Origin: a virus
Taxonomy: Duplodnaviria; Caudoviricetes
IMG/VR virus record: IMGVR_UViG_3300028805_000048
Strand: one strand, 5' to 3'
Length of the DNA: 64,000 nt
Shown piece after piece: positions 51,107 to 60,737 of this stretch. The position numbers and the translations under genes were made by a program. The notes beneath the pieces are model-generated. The model had not been told where the DNA came from. It saw only the letters and a program-made list of their open reading frames with translations, and ran no database searches. Numbering within the stretch: the stretch's first letter is position 1; every line of letters begins with the position of its first letter.

Positions 51107-52045
51107 CTAAAAGAAATCTGTGTGTTTTCTTGTAGTATATGTTTTTTCAGTTTTGTGTTCGTTGTAGATATTATAATATAACTCATCAGATAGCATTTCT
51201 TTTGCTAAAACTTTTCTATGTTTTAAATCATTTAATGAGCATTCTTTTTTACCGCAGTTAAAAGATATTATTGCTTTTGAAATAAATGTTTTTTTAAAGG
51301 TGTCATAAATTTTTAATTTTTTTAATTTGTTTTCTAGTTGATTAAGCGCATGTAAAACGGCATCGAAATTAGCATTTCTATTTGATGTTAAATTATTCTT
51401 TTGACATATTCTATAATGTACAAATATTTTATTTAAAATGCTAATTTTGTTAGCTAAACACATAGCCAAGCACACACAAGTTAAATCATTACAACATATA
51501 CAATTTTCAAATGTTAAATTGTTTTCAATGAAAAATTTTCTATTAAATAGTTTTGTCCATGGATTTGGTTTACATATATCTAATAATCTATTACGTATTT
51601 TAAAAGGCTTAAATGGAGACATTTTTTCATATTTTTCTTTGATTTTAAATTCTTTTACTTTTTCATTTGTTAATGTGTTATAACTTTCCCAAGCACAAAT
51701 TACTATATCAGAATTATCAGATTTAGCTTTCTCATACATTTCTTCTAGCATATTCGGTTCAAAGAAGTCATCTGAATCCAAAAAGCTTAAATATTCCCCT
51801 TTTGCTTGCGACAAACCTGCATTACGAGCAACACCAGCATAGAGGTTTTTCTGTGTAATAACAGTTATCCTCTTATCTTTCTCAGCGTACTCCTTTAAGA
51901 TATCCAAAGAAGCATCTGTTGATCCGTCATCAACGCAGATGATTTCAATTTCTTTTAGTGTTTGATTGACTACAGAATCTAAGCACTGTCTTAAATATGG
52001 TTCAACATTATAAATTGGCATAATAACAGATACTTTTGGTAACAT
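51107..52045 (-). CDS. Family 2 glycosyltransferase
   Basis: VSVIMPIYN, VDDGSTD, ARNAGL, FLDSDD. Confidence 0.95.
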   Translation of the reverse strand: MLPKVSVIMPIYNVEPYLRQCLDSVVNQTLKEIEIICVDDGSTDASLDILKEYAEKDKRITVITQKNLYAGVARNAGLSQAKGEYLSFLDSDDFFEPNMLEEMYEKAKSDNSDIVICAWESYNTLTNEKVKEFKIKEKYEKMSPFKPFKIRNRLLDICKPNPWTKLFNRKFFIENNLTFENCICCNDLTCVCLAMCLANKISILNKIFVHYRICQKNNLTSNRNANFDAVLHALNQLENKLKKLKIYDTFKKTFISKAIISFNCGKKECSLNDLKHRKVLAKEMLSDELYYNIYNEHKTEKTYTTRKHTDFF

Positions 52046-52048
52046 TTT

Positions 52049-52795
52049 TTATTTCTCACTTAAAATAGGTAAACAAGATATATCTAAATTTCCATAATTT
52101 TCTTTTATTAAATATTTTTTCATATCATGATAATTTAAAGTAAATGTTTTTAATTTACTTTTAGATTTAAAAGAATTTGCAACGTTATAATTGTTGATCA
52201 CTTGCAATCCTCCATTCCCATTTAAAACTTTAATTTTAAATCTCTTAGGTATTAATTGATGCTGTCCTAAATTCATTATACTTTTATCATTGGTAGAAAG
52301 ATACGCTAAACCCATCGAATTAGAAACAATGTTAAATGATGCTATTTTATATTCATTTTCTGATATTCTACATATCTTATTTGCGTGTGATATACTAATT
52401 ACTACATCTTCTTCATAATTGTCTTGTAATTTTTGTATAAAATCTACAGCTATTCCATCATCGTTATCTATTCTAAACGTATAAAGTTTTTCAGTTTTTA
52501 ATTCTTCTGGAATATACATATTCATATCATCTATATAGATATTTTTTACAAAAGAATACGTTTTTTCAATATTATCAAAAAGTTTTTTCTTGTGTAGTGG
52601 AATTAAATTTGTATGATACACAAGTAGTTTAAAGTCTTTACATGTCTGTTGATTGAAGGATTCTAATGTTATGTTTTTAAAAATATTAAACCTTGTTGAA
52701 AAATATGGTTCTTCATATAATTGAATTAAATTTCTTGAATTTTCACTATTACCAAAAAAATTTGGAATACTATATCTAATCATACCAATTATCAT
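52049..52795 (-). CDS. Putative glycosyltransferase (GT-A, rhamnosyltransferase-like)
   Basis: RF.IF...TLES...QT..DF and RIDNDD motifs. Confidence 0.7.
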   Translation of the reverse strand: MIIGMIRYSIPNFFGNSENSRNLIQLYEEPYFSTRFNIFKNITLESFNQQTCKDFKLLVYHTNLIPLHKKKLFDNIEKTYSFVKNIYIDDMNMYIPEELKTEKLYTFRIDNDDGIAVDFIQKLQDNYEEDVVISISHANKICRISENEYKIASFNIVSNSMGLAYLSTNDKSIMNLGQHQLIPKRFKIKVLNGNGGLQVINNYNVANSFKSKSKLKTFTLNYHDMKKYLIKENYGNLDISCLPILSEK

Positions 52796-53268
52796 AATAC
52801 AAATCCATTTTCTTGAAGATAATTAACAAATTCTACTAAATGACTACAAAAACCCATGAGATCTTTTGGATTGTTTGGTTTACGATTTGTTTTACGCCTA
52901 TAATATCTAAATCTTGGACCAGCTCCAACTCCACGTATTCTATTTGCTTGATCAAATCTAAATTGATAGTTTGGACATGAGCATCTTCCCATTATTTCAT
53001 GTTCACCGAGAGTAGGTTTTGGTTTAAATCCATTCATGATTTCTTCTTCTGTTAAACCATCATTTGGTTCAACGTCTTTGAAAAATATCATTGCTGAATA
53101 ATGACCAATTCTCTTATTTGAAGCAACTGTTGCTGTAAATGTCAATATTTTTGATGATTCATCATAAGATAAATCCAAATTGTCTATTCTTGGATTAGAA
53201 GATACAGATGATAATGTTTTTGGACTCACTTTTGGAGTAGATCTCAACACGGCTCTATATAAAGGCAT
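52792..53268 (-). CDS. SWIM-type zinc-finger phage protein
   Basis: RCSCP...GFCSHL. Confidence 0.6.
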   Translation of the reverse strand: MPLYRAVLRSTPKVSPKTLSSVSSNPRIDNLDLSYDESSKILTFTATVASNKRIGHYSAMIFFKDVEPNDGLTEEEIMNGFKPKPTLGEHEIMGRCSCPNYQFRFDQANRIRGVGAGPRFRYYRRKTNRKPNNPKDLMGFCSHLVEFVNYLQENGFVL

Positions 53269-53271
53269 AAA

Positions 53272-53712
53272 TTATTCCTTAATTTGTTCAATAATCCATT
53301 TTTCACAATCTTCTAACATACGCCATTCAAGAACTTCATAACCTTGATCTATTAAATTTTTAGTCCATACTTCTTGTTCTGGTGATTTTTTACCTTTTTT
53401 CCATTTAAATTCAACAAAAGTACATTTACCTTTATTTATGATAATCAAATCAGGAAAACCTACACTACCTCCCATTTTTATCATATGTTGTTTATAGATT
53501 GCTTTACTTCTTATATCTCTCATAAAAGATATGGCATTGAAAACATCAGTACAACTACATATCATATTATGATTTCGTAATTTCATAACACAAGCTTTTT
53601 GTAAATCATGTTCTGAATCTATATTATCAAACAAATCACTTGTTATTTTACGTTTAACTTTTATTTGACTTTTTTGTTTTTTTGTTGCTAAACTTAATGT
53701 TCTTAAAGCCAT
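53272..53712 (-). CDS. VRR-NUC (PD-(D/E)XK) nuclease
   Basis: SEHDLQ, GFPDL, FVEFK..KG..SPEQ. Confidence 0.85.
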   Translation of the reverse strand: MALRTLSLATKKQKSQIKVKRKITSDLFDNIDSEHDLQKACVMKLRNHNMICSCTDVFNAISFMRDIRSKAIYKQHMIKMGGSVGFPDLIIINKGKCTFVEFKWKKGKKSPEQEVWTKNLIDQGYEVLEWRMLEDCEKWIIEQIKE

Positions 53713-54080
53713 TATTTGTTTTCCTCTTCTTCATATAAATCCATAACTTCACATGCTAATAATGCAATTGATATTTTAGCCTGTTGCCAAATTTGAATAG
53801 CTGAAGATAAATTTAATTTTTCTGCATTGGTTTTTGTAATTTGTAATTTTTTTATAATTTCACCGACTTCATTAAGCAATGTAACTAATGAACTATATTT
53901 TTCATATAACTTTTTTTCAACTAAATATTTATGTAATACAAAACCATCTTCAATGATTGTATTTAATGATTTTAGTGAAATTTCTGTTGTTACTATTTTA
54001 CCATCATTTGTTGTATAGTTTTTAGAATATTCTTCTATTTCTTTAAGTATTTTGTCAGATAATTGATATGCTTTTTCCAT
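53712..54080 (-). CDS. Hypothetical protein
   Basis: Tightly packed ORF in operon. Confidence 0.55.
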   Translation of the reverse strand: MEKAYQLSDKILKEIEEYSKNYTTNDGKIVTTEISLKSLNTIIEDGFVLHKYLVEKKLYEKYSSLVTLLNEVGEIIKKLQITKTNAEKLNLSSAIQIWQQAKISIALLACEVMDLYEEEENK

Positions 54081-54365
54081 TTACTTTTCCTCACTTTCAA
54101 ATAAATTAGCTAAATCATTTAAATTTTCATTTTTATAATATTGATTTAAAATTATACTAAGAATTAAAGCTTCTTCTTTATCACAAACAATTTTATAATC
54201 GTTTGTTAATTCTTTTAACATAATTGCTGTTTTATTACCATCTATAATTGTACTTATTTCTATATTTTGATTATATAAATCTTTGAAATATATACAGTTT
54301 TGTTCTATATTTTTATGATTAACATTTTTGTTTTTTGAAAAAAACCTTTTTAGCTTTTGGAACAT
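54081..54365 (-). CDS. Hypothetical protein
   Basis: Start at MFQK with AAGGAG SD; GTTCTA motif at 54395-54400. Confidence 0.55.
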   Translation of the reverse strand: MFQKLKRFFSKNKNVNHKNIEQNCIYFKDLYNQNIEISTIIDGNKTAIMLKELTNDYKIVCDKEEALILSIILNQYYKNENLNDLANLFESEEK

Positions 54366-54439
54366 TATTTTCTCCTTTTTTAACAATTATTTATTAGAAC
54401 TAAAGAGTATTTGGATTCTATTAAAATAAAATAAAGTTT

Positions 54440-56020
54440 TTGGAGATAAAGATGCCAATAATATCAACTAATCAATTTTGGAATTATGTTATAAATGAAC
54501 CATTATCTATAATTGCAAATATAAAAAAATTACTAACCAAACGTTATTATGATTATGATTTAAAAAAAGATATAAATACTATTTATTGGCAAACTGTTTC
54601 TAAATTTATAGATGAAAATGATATCTTATATGAAACGATACGCTTTCCAAGCGGTTTAACAAATTTTATTTTAAAAAATATCAGTGTTGTAATAGAATAT
54701 AAACCTTTTTCACAACACGAGTTTGATGATGAAGAAGTTTTAAATGTTTGTAAAGAAGTTGCAGCAATAAACAAAGACTTTGAAATTCGTGAATATCAAA
54801 TAGAAGGCGCGTTGGCATCACTTAATGATTTTAAAAGTTTAATTTATGCAAGTGTTGGTTCTGGTAAATCATCAATTATGTCTATTGTGTGCAAATGCTT
54901 AATGCAACAAAATGAAAAAATACTCATTTTGAATGGTAATAATATTATTTTAAGTCAGATAGCTGAAAGATTAGAATCCTTTGGAATAACTGATATTTCA
55001 TGGAATCCTAGTAAAGAACCAGATTATACAAAACAAATTGTCATATTAAATATAGCAGGATCAAATTCTAGATTAGACAAACAAGATAAAAAATATATAG
55101 ATTTTTTAAAAAATGATGTAAATACAATAATTTACGATGAAGCACATCACTTACAATCAATAACAGCAATTGAACCAATACTATATACATCACCTGACAA
55201 CTTACATCATTTGATTGGTTATTCAGGAAGTCCATTTAGAGATAAAGACAAGCCATATGATAACCCAGATGATTTTAGAACAATTGCGATTATAGGTGAA
55301 CCAGCATTTACATATGAAATGAAAACAGCAATAAAAGAAGGTAGTATAGCTCAACCTTATGGATATTTTATAAACTATAAGAATAAAGAAGCTTATGTAA
55401 TGCCACAATTTAAAGATAATTATTTTATGCAATACAGAGCAAATATAATATATAATAAAGAAAGAAATAAAGCTGGAATAGAAATGCTAAAGTTTTTAAA
55501 TAAATATAACATAAAAACGTTCGTGTCATTTAATAATACAAAACCAGCGCAAAATCGTATGAAGGAATTGAAACAACAAGGAATAAAATCTTTATTGATA
55601 TGCGGTAACGAAACTCTATATGAATGGGTATCTGGAAAAAGAGGTGGTTTGGTTTTAGAGAAAAGGAAGGGAAGTAAAAAAGAAGTATTAAAAGCGTTAA
55701 CTGAATATAATTATAATATAATTTTTGGTACTTCTGTATTAGATGAAGGTGTAAGTATTGATATTTTTCAAGCGGCTGTTTTATTTTCAGCTGGAAAAAC
55801 AAATATAGCAGGAATCCAAAGACTCGGACGAGCTAGTCGTAAAAGATTAAAAGGAAAAAACGTATCATTCATAATTGACTTTAAAGATGTTGGTGGTAAT
55901 TATATATTTGCATCTCAATATGAAAAACGTAAAAAAATGATGATAGATTCAGGAATTAAAATATTCAACAATGTGATAGATTTTATAAACTTCATAAAAG
56001 AAATAGCAGAAGAAAAATAA
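54440..56020 (+). CDS. uvsW: SF2 DNA helicase (UvsW-like)
   Basis: REYQ, GSGKS, DEAH, SGS, LDEGVSI, QRLGRASR. Confidence 0.85.
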   Translation: MEIKMPIISTNQFWNYVINEPLSIIANIKKLLTKRYYDYDLKKDINTIYWQTVSKFIDENDILYETIRFPSGLTNFILKNISVVIEYKPFSQHEFDDEEVLNVCKEVAAINKDFEIREYQIEGALASLNDFKSLIYASVGSGKSSIMSIVCKCLMQQNEKILILNGNNIILSQIAERLESFGITDISWNPSKEPDYTKQIVILNIAGSNSRLDKQDKKYIDFLKNDVNTIIYDEAHHLQSITAIEPILYTSPDNLHHLIGYSGSPFRDKDKPYDNPDDFRTIAIIGEPAFTYEMKTAIKEGSIAQPYGYFINYKNKEAYVMPQFKDNYFMQYRANIIYNKERNKAGIEMLKFLNKYNIKTFVSFNNTKPAQNRMKELKQQGIKSLLICGNETLYEWVSGKRGGLVLEKRKGSKKEVLKALTEYNYNIIFGTSVLDEGVSIDIFQAAVLFSAGKTNIAGIQRLGRASRKRLKGKNVSFIIDFKDVGGNYIFASQYEKRKKMMIDSGIKIFNNVIDFINFIKEIAEEK

Positions 56021-56100
56021 ACTATTTGGAAAAAGATATTATTAGAAAAGTGTAATTGTTAATATTCTATAGATGAGTAATTTTTTATAAAGAGGCAAAA

Positions 56101-57060
56101 ATGGAACAGCAAACACAATCTACTTTTGATGAAGATTTTAATTTGACAGAACAAAAAAAATTTCTTAGTCTATTAATTTATGATCCACAATGGGCATTAC
56201 TTAATGGATTAGAAGTAATACGTCCAGAGTATTTTGATAGTAATTATCTAAAAAATATATGTAAATGGATTAAACAATATGCGAAAAAATATAAAAATAT
56301 ACCAACAAAGTTAGTATTACAACAAAAAGCACAAACATTGATAAATGATAATCAATTATCTACAAAGGAATATTATAGATATCAAGAAATTTTAGATGAG
56401 ATTTTTACATTAGAACAATCTGATGAACTTGAATATTTTAAAGAAAAGGCTATAGAATTTGCAAGAACAGCAACTTGGAAAGCAGCTTTATTTGATGCTA
56501 CGAATACACTAAAAATACATAATTATGAAGAAGCTCTTGCTAAATTTAGAGAAGTTTTAGATCTAGGTTCAGAAAAAGATCTTGGAACAGATTTTAAAGA
56601 GCAAACACCTGATGAATTTTTAAAATTGTTAAATGAAAAATACGATAAAGCGAATATGATTCAGACAGGTATAGAAGGCTGGGATAAAGCTTTAGGAGGT
56701 GGATTTGCTAGAAATAATATACATATCATCGCAGCGTGTTTTTTAGGAAAAACAAAAATAAAAACAAATAAAGGAAAATTGAGTTTTGAAGAATTATCTA
56801 AATATACGAATTATGATGATTTAGAAATATATAGTTTTGATGGATCAAATAAAATTAAAACAAAAATAAAAAATGTTTTTGAAACAAAAAAAGTTAAAAA
56901 ATTAATGTATTTAAAATTTAATAATGGAAAATCTTTACAATGTACACCAGACCATTTATTTGTAATTAAAAATCCAACAAAAAACGATCCTTATATAATA
57001 TATGAAAATGGAATAGCTTATAAGCAGGCTCAATATTTAGGAGAAAATGATGAATTCTGA
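56101..57060 (+). CDS. Replicative helicase (gp41/DnaB) N-part fused to intein N-fragment
   Basis: IQTGIEGWDKALGGG...IHIIAA followed by intein block A CFLGKTKI and block B CTPDHLF. Confidence 0.9.
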   Translation: MEQQTQSTFDEDFNLTEQKKFLSLLIYDPQWALLNGLEVIRPEYFDSNYLKNICKWIKQYAKKYKNIPTKLVLQQKAQTLINDNQLSTKEYYRYQEILDEIFTLEQSDELEYFKEKAIEFARTATWKAALFDATNTLKIHNYEEALAKFREVLDLGSEKDLGTDFKEQTPDEFLKLLNEKYDKANMIQTGIEGWDKALGGGFARNNIHIIAACFLGKTKIKTNKGKLSFEELSKYTNYDDLEIYSFDGSNKIKTKIKNVFETKKVKKLMYLKFNNGKSLQCTPDHLFVIKNPTKNDPYIIYENGIAYKQAQYLGENDEF

Positions 57061-58123
57061 TACTTTTTGCGGTTATGTATACAAGATAACGAATATACTA
57101 AATAATAAGAGTTATGTCGGACAAAAATTCTCTCCTGTATTTATAGATAAATATTGGGGTAGTGGAGTTTATATTAGAAAAGCTATTAAAAAGTATGGTT
57201 TAGAAAATTTTAAACGTGAAATTTTATGTTGGTGCAAAACAAGAGATGAATTAGATGATCGAGAATTATATTATATAAAACAATATAATACCCTTTCACC
57301 AAATGGGTACAATTTAACATTAAATGTCTTTAAGTCTGGTAGAAAACAGAAACATTCTACTATAACAAAAATGAAAATGAGTCAAACACGATTAAACTAT
57401 TCAGACGAAAAGAAAAAAGAGATTTTAGATAAGTTTCATATGACATGTGAAAATAGAACTGAAGAAGAAAAATTAATTATACATAACAATAGAAGTAAAG
57501 CCATAAGATTTTCAGAAAAATTTCAAAATACTGTACATTCTGAAGAATATAAAGAAAAACAAAGACAAAAATCGATTGTTGTTATGCAGAATCCAGAAAT
57601 TAGAAATAAATTATCTATTACCTCAAAGGAAAATTGGAAAAATGAAGATTATAGAAATATGTGTATAAAAAATTTAAAACATAATGATTCAGAAATACAA
57701 AGTAAGAGGAGTATAAAAGGCAATATTATTAGAAAAACAAATGGATTTGATCAATATAATAAATCAGAAAGAGCTAAAGAGATAAGTAAAAGGAACGCCG
57801 AATATATGAGAGAATTGAAAAATAATATGTCTGAAGAAGAGAAGTATATATGTAGTTTAAAAAGTAAAATTAAAGTTTTATTAAGAAATGAAAAGCTTAA
57901 TAAAGAAGAAATAATGACTTTATTTGAAATCATAAAGAATCATGAACCAACTTATGATTTATATGATTCACCGAAAGACAGACTTTTAAACAAAAAATTT
58001 CCAAAAATAAAATTAGTTAAAAAAGAAATTATAGAACTCGATAAAGAAATACCTGTCTATGATTTAACTGTTGATGGAAATATACCTAATTTTCAATTAG
58101 ATGCTCAAGTTTTTGTACATAAC
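56737..58123 (+). mobile_element. Split intein (IntN 56737-57057; IntC ending 58123) carrying a GIY-YIG endonuclease
   Basis: Cys1 at 56737; block F/G VYDLTV...FVHN then Cys+1; splicing restores the Walker A AACPGGGKS. Confidence 0.88.
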
Positions 58124-58915
58124 TGTCCAGGAGGGGGCAAATCAAGAATTATGGCTTTTCTTACAAAACAAGCTGTTATGGCTGGAAAGCGTGTAATTTT
58201 TATATCGTGTGAACTTGATGAAACTGAGACCATGGCAAATATAAATTCTTCTATTACTGGTTTAAGTATGTATGATATATTAAAACCTGAAAATAGAGAA
58301 GAATTTATCAAAAGAATAACAAATTTTAAAAATACTTTCGGTGGTAATTTGAAAATCAAATTTTATGGACCAAAAACGGTTAATTGTGATACTATTCATA
58401 ATTACATACGAAAAGTCATGCAAGAAGAAAAAGAAAAATTGAATGGAATAGAATGGAAACCTGATTTTATTGTTGTTGATTATATGGATAATTTATTGCC
58501 GATACAGAAAATGAAAGGTAGTTTATATGAAGACGGTGGTGCTGTTGCTAACGATTTAAAAAATTTAGCAATAAGTTTTGATTGTCCGATTGTTACTGGT
58601 TCACAGCTTGGTAAATTTTCTTGGAATATAAAAGAAGGCGATGTGATAAGTATGGATTCTATTGCTGAATCTGCTGCAAAAGTACATCTTGCCCATTCAA
58701 TGACAACAGTAAATTCAAATCCTGGTGAAAAAGCGTTAGGAAGAGCTCGTTTATTTTTAGCTAAATCACGTTCAGGTAGTGCAAATTCTGTTGTTTGGGT
58801 AGAAAATGATTTACCAAGATGTCGTTTACGAGAAATAGATGAATGGAGTCCAAAAGATGTAGAAAATGAGTTTGGCGCGTTTAGTGTTAAATCAAGTAAC
58901 AATAATCGTAAATAA
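57047..58915 (+). CDS. GIY-YIG endonuclease - intein C-fragment - helicase C-part
   Basis: GYVY...YVGQ...YWGSG; HN|CPGGGKS; ISCEL, VVDYMD, TGSQ, LAKSR DnaB-family motifs; AGGAG SD at 57039. Confidence 0.9.
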   Translation: MMNSDTFCGYVYKITNILNNKSYVGQKFSPVFIDKYWGSGVYIRKAIKKYGLENFKREILCWCKTRDELDDRELYYIKQYNTLSPNGYNLTLNVFKSGRKQKHSTITKMKMSQTRLNYSDEKKKEILDKFHMTCENRTEEEKLIIHNNRSKAIRFSEKFQNTVHSEEYKEKQRQKSIVVMQNPEIRNKLSITSKENWKNEDYRNMCIKNLKHNDSEIQSKRSIKGNIIRKTNGFDQYNKSERAKEISKRNAEYMRELKNNMSEEEKYICSLKSKIKVLLRNEKLNKEEIMTLFEIIKNHEPTYDLYDSPKDRLLNKKFPKIKLVKKEIIELDKEIPVYDLTVDGNIPNFQLDAQVFVHNCPGGGKSRIMAFLTKQAVMAGKRVIFISCELDETETMANINSSITGLSMYDILKPENREEFIKRITNFKNTFGGNLKIKFYGPKTVNCDTIHNYIRKVMQEEKEKLNGIEWKPDFIVVDYMDNLLPIQKMKGSLYEDGGAVANDLKNLAISFDCPIVTGSQLGKFSWNIKEGDVISMDSIAESAAKVHLAHSMTTVNSNPGEKALGRARLFLAKSRSGSANSVVWVENDLPRCRLREIDEWSPKDVENEFGAFSVKSSNNNRK

Positions 58916-58940
58916 AAACGGGAGTAATAATTTTACTCCC
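58914..58940 (-). terminator. Intrinsic terminator oriented on the - strand
   Basis: GGGAGTAA/TTACTCCC stem; the U-tract exists only on the - strand. Confidence 0.7.
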
Positions 58941-59038
58941 CCTTAGTCATTAACCGCTCAGATCGCAAGATACTCTATAACTTTTCTTATAATTTCATTC
59001 AATCTTATTATAACGGAGGTTTAACACTAAATTCACCT
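58914..59038 (-). ncRNA. Candidate ~125-nt late small RNA
   Basis: GTTCTA motif at 59051-59046, no ORF, - strand terminator. Confidence 0.45.
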
Positions 59039-59107
59039 TATTAAATAGAACTTATAAAAAAAAAACGGTTTTACAATTTTTAATTTTCAAAATATGAAAG
59101 GAAATAA

Positions 59108-59299
59108 ATGATTAATTTATATGAAAAATCTTACAAAGACTTAGAAGATGATTATGAATCTCAGCAATTAAACGAATTCTATAATCAAGAAGACAATAAA
59201 GAGAAAAAAGAAAGATTAAAAAAGATGCGTGATGATTATTATTTAAAACAATCTGTTTTAAAAATGAAAATGAAGGAGAAAATTGTATGCAATTTGTAG
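59108..59299 (+). CDS. Hypothetical protein
   Basis: SD AAGG; coupled to guaC. Confidence 0.55.
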   Translation: MINLYEKSYKDLEDDYESQQLNEFYNQEDNKEKKERLKKMRDDYYLKQSVLKMKMKEKIVCNL

Positions 59300-60405
59300 G
59301 TGATACGCAACTAGATTATAGTGATGTTTTAATTTTACCTCAAACAACAACTATCAATCATAGAGGTGAAGTAGAAGTAGAAAGACATTTTAAGCAACTT
59401 GAACCAGATTTAGGTATGGGATATATTCGTGAATTCAAATGTTGCCCTGTCATGAATGCTAATATGACACAAACTGGTACTTTTGAAATGGCTAGTCAGT
59501 TGCGTTTACATCATATGATAGCTTGTATTCATAAGTTTTATACAGCGGAAGAAATTAACAATTATTTTGAAAATAATGGTTGGGAAGGAGTTACATTTTT
59601 CATTACAATTGGTTTACGCAATCAAGCAGAAGAAATTCAAAAATTAAGAGATTGTAAGAATCACATGTGGTCTATTTTAATCGATGTACCTAATGCTTAT
59701 ATTCCAGATGTAGAAGAGTTTGTTAAATTTGTTCGTTTAGAATTTCCAGATAGAATCATAGCGGTTGGTAACGTATGTACAGGTGATCGTACTCAAGAGC
59801 TTATTAAAGCTGGTGCAAACATTGTAAAAGTTGGAATTGGTCCATCTCAGGTTTGTCGCACGCGTCATACTACTGGTTGTGGTCGTCCTCAATTGTCTGC
59901 TGTTATTGAATGTGCTAATGCTGCTCATCAAGTAGGTGGATTAATCATTGCCGACGGTGGATTTAATAATACTGGTGATTTGTGTAAAGCGTTTGTTGCT
60001 GGAGCTGACATTTGTATGTCAGGTTGTATGTTTGCTGGATGTGATGAAGCAGCTGGTGAAATAATTAATAAAATGTATAGAACAAATGAATATACTTATG
60101 ATAATGAACCAGAAGATGAGTCTAATTATGTTAATCCAGATAGACCAATATATGAAATGAAAAAATTTAAAGAATATTATGGCATGTCATCTTTTCGTGC
60201 TCAAAAAGAAAATTATGGTAAAAAAACAACTACTGGAACTTCAGAAGGTGTTGAAAGCAAATTAATTCCATATACAGGACCTGTTATTGATACTATTAAT
60301 AATATAAAAGGTGGATTACGTAGTTGTGGAAGTTATATTGGTGCTAAAAACATAAAAAGTTTTAGTAGACAAGGTAGTTTTTATAGAGTAAATAGAGTGC
60401 AATAA
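59287..60405 (+). CDS. guaC: GMP reductase
   Basis: LDYSDVLILP, ANM, GNV, VKVGIGPSQVCRTR, IIADGG, YYGMSS, SEG, GGLRSCGSYIGA; no CBS domains. Confidence 0.88.
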   Translation: MQFVGDTQLDYSDVLILPQTTTINHRGEVEVERHFKQLEPDLGMGYIREFKCCPVMNANMTQTGTFEMASQLRLHHMIACIHKFYTAEEINNYFENNGWEGVTFFITIGLRNQAEEIQKLRDCKNHMWSILIDVPNAYIPDVEEFVKFVRLEFPDRIIAVGNVCTGDRTQELIKAGANIVKVGIGPSQVCRTRHTTGCGRPQLSAVIECANAAHQVGGLIIADGGFNNTGDLCKAFVAGADICMSGCMFAGCDEAAGEIINKMYRTNEYTYDNEPEDESNYVNPDRPIYEMKKFKEYYGMSSFRAQKENYGKKTTTGTSEGVESKLIPYTGPVIDTINNIKGGLRSCGSYIGAKNIKSFSRQGSFYRVNRVQ

Positions 60406-60409
60406 ATAA

Positions 60410-60736
60410 ATGATGGAGATGAAAATGCTAGTGTTAGTAAATGATACATTGTTAACTTCTGATCAATATGATTTTATTATTGGATTTGAAGGTAATGAAA
60501 ATGATTTAATACATAAAATAGATAAAGACGCCAATACATTTTCTATTTTCAATGAAAAGAAAAAAGATGCACAAGAAGTTCATAAAAAGCGTTTACAAAA
60601 CATAAAAAATTTGATAGATAAGAGAGAGAAGAATAAAAAATTATTAGCTTTAACAAAAGCTATTCAAAATGAAGAAAAATTAGATTTGATAAAATCTTAT
60701 GCTAAACAATTAGAAAAACTTTTGAAAGGAATGTAA
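60410..60736 (+). CDS. Hypothetical protein
   Basis: Operonic ORF. Confidence 0.55.
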   Translation: MMEMKMLVLVNDTLLTSDQYDFIIGFEGNENDLIHKIDKDANTFSIFNEKKKDAQEVHKKRLQNIKNLIDKREKNKKLLALTKAIQNEEKLDLIKSYAKQLEKLLKGM

Positions 60737-60737
60737 A

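Noticed and set aside
57039-57060. Programmed +1 frameshift fusing the two helicase ORFs
   Set aside because: No obvious re-pairing slippery codon; a well-spaced SD-ATG explains ORF2 more simply, though not fully excluded
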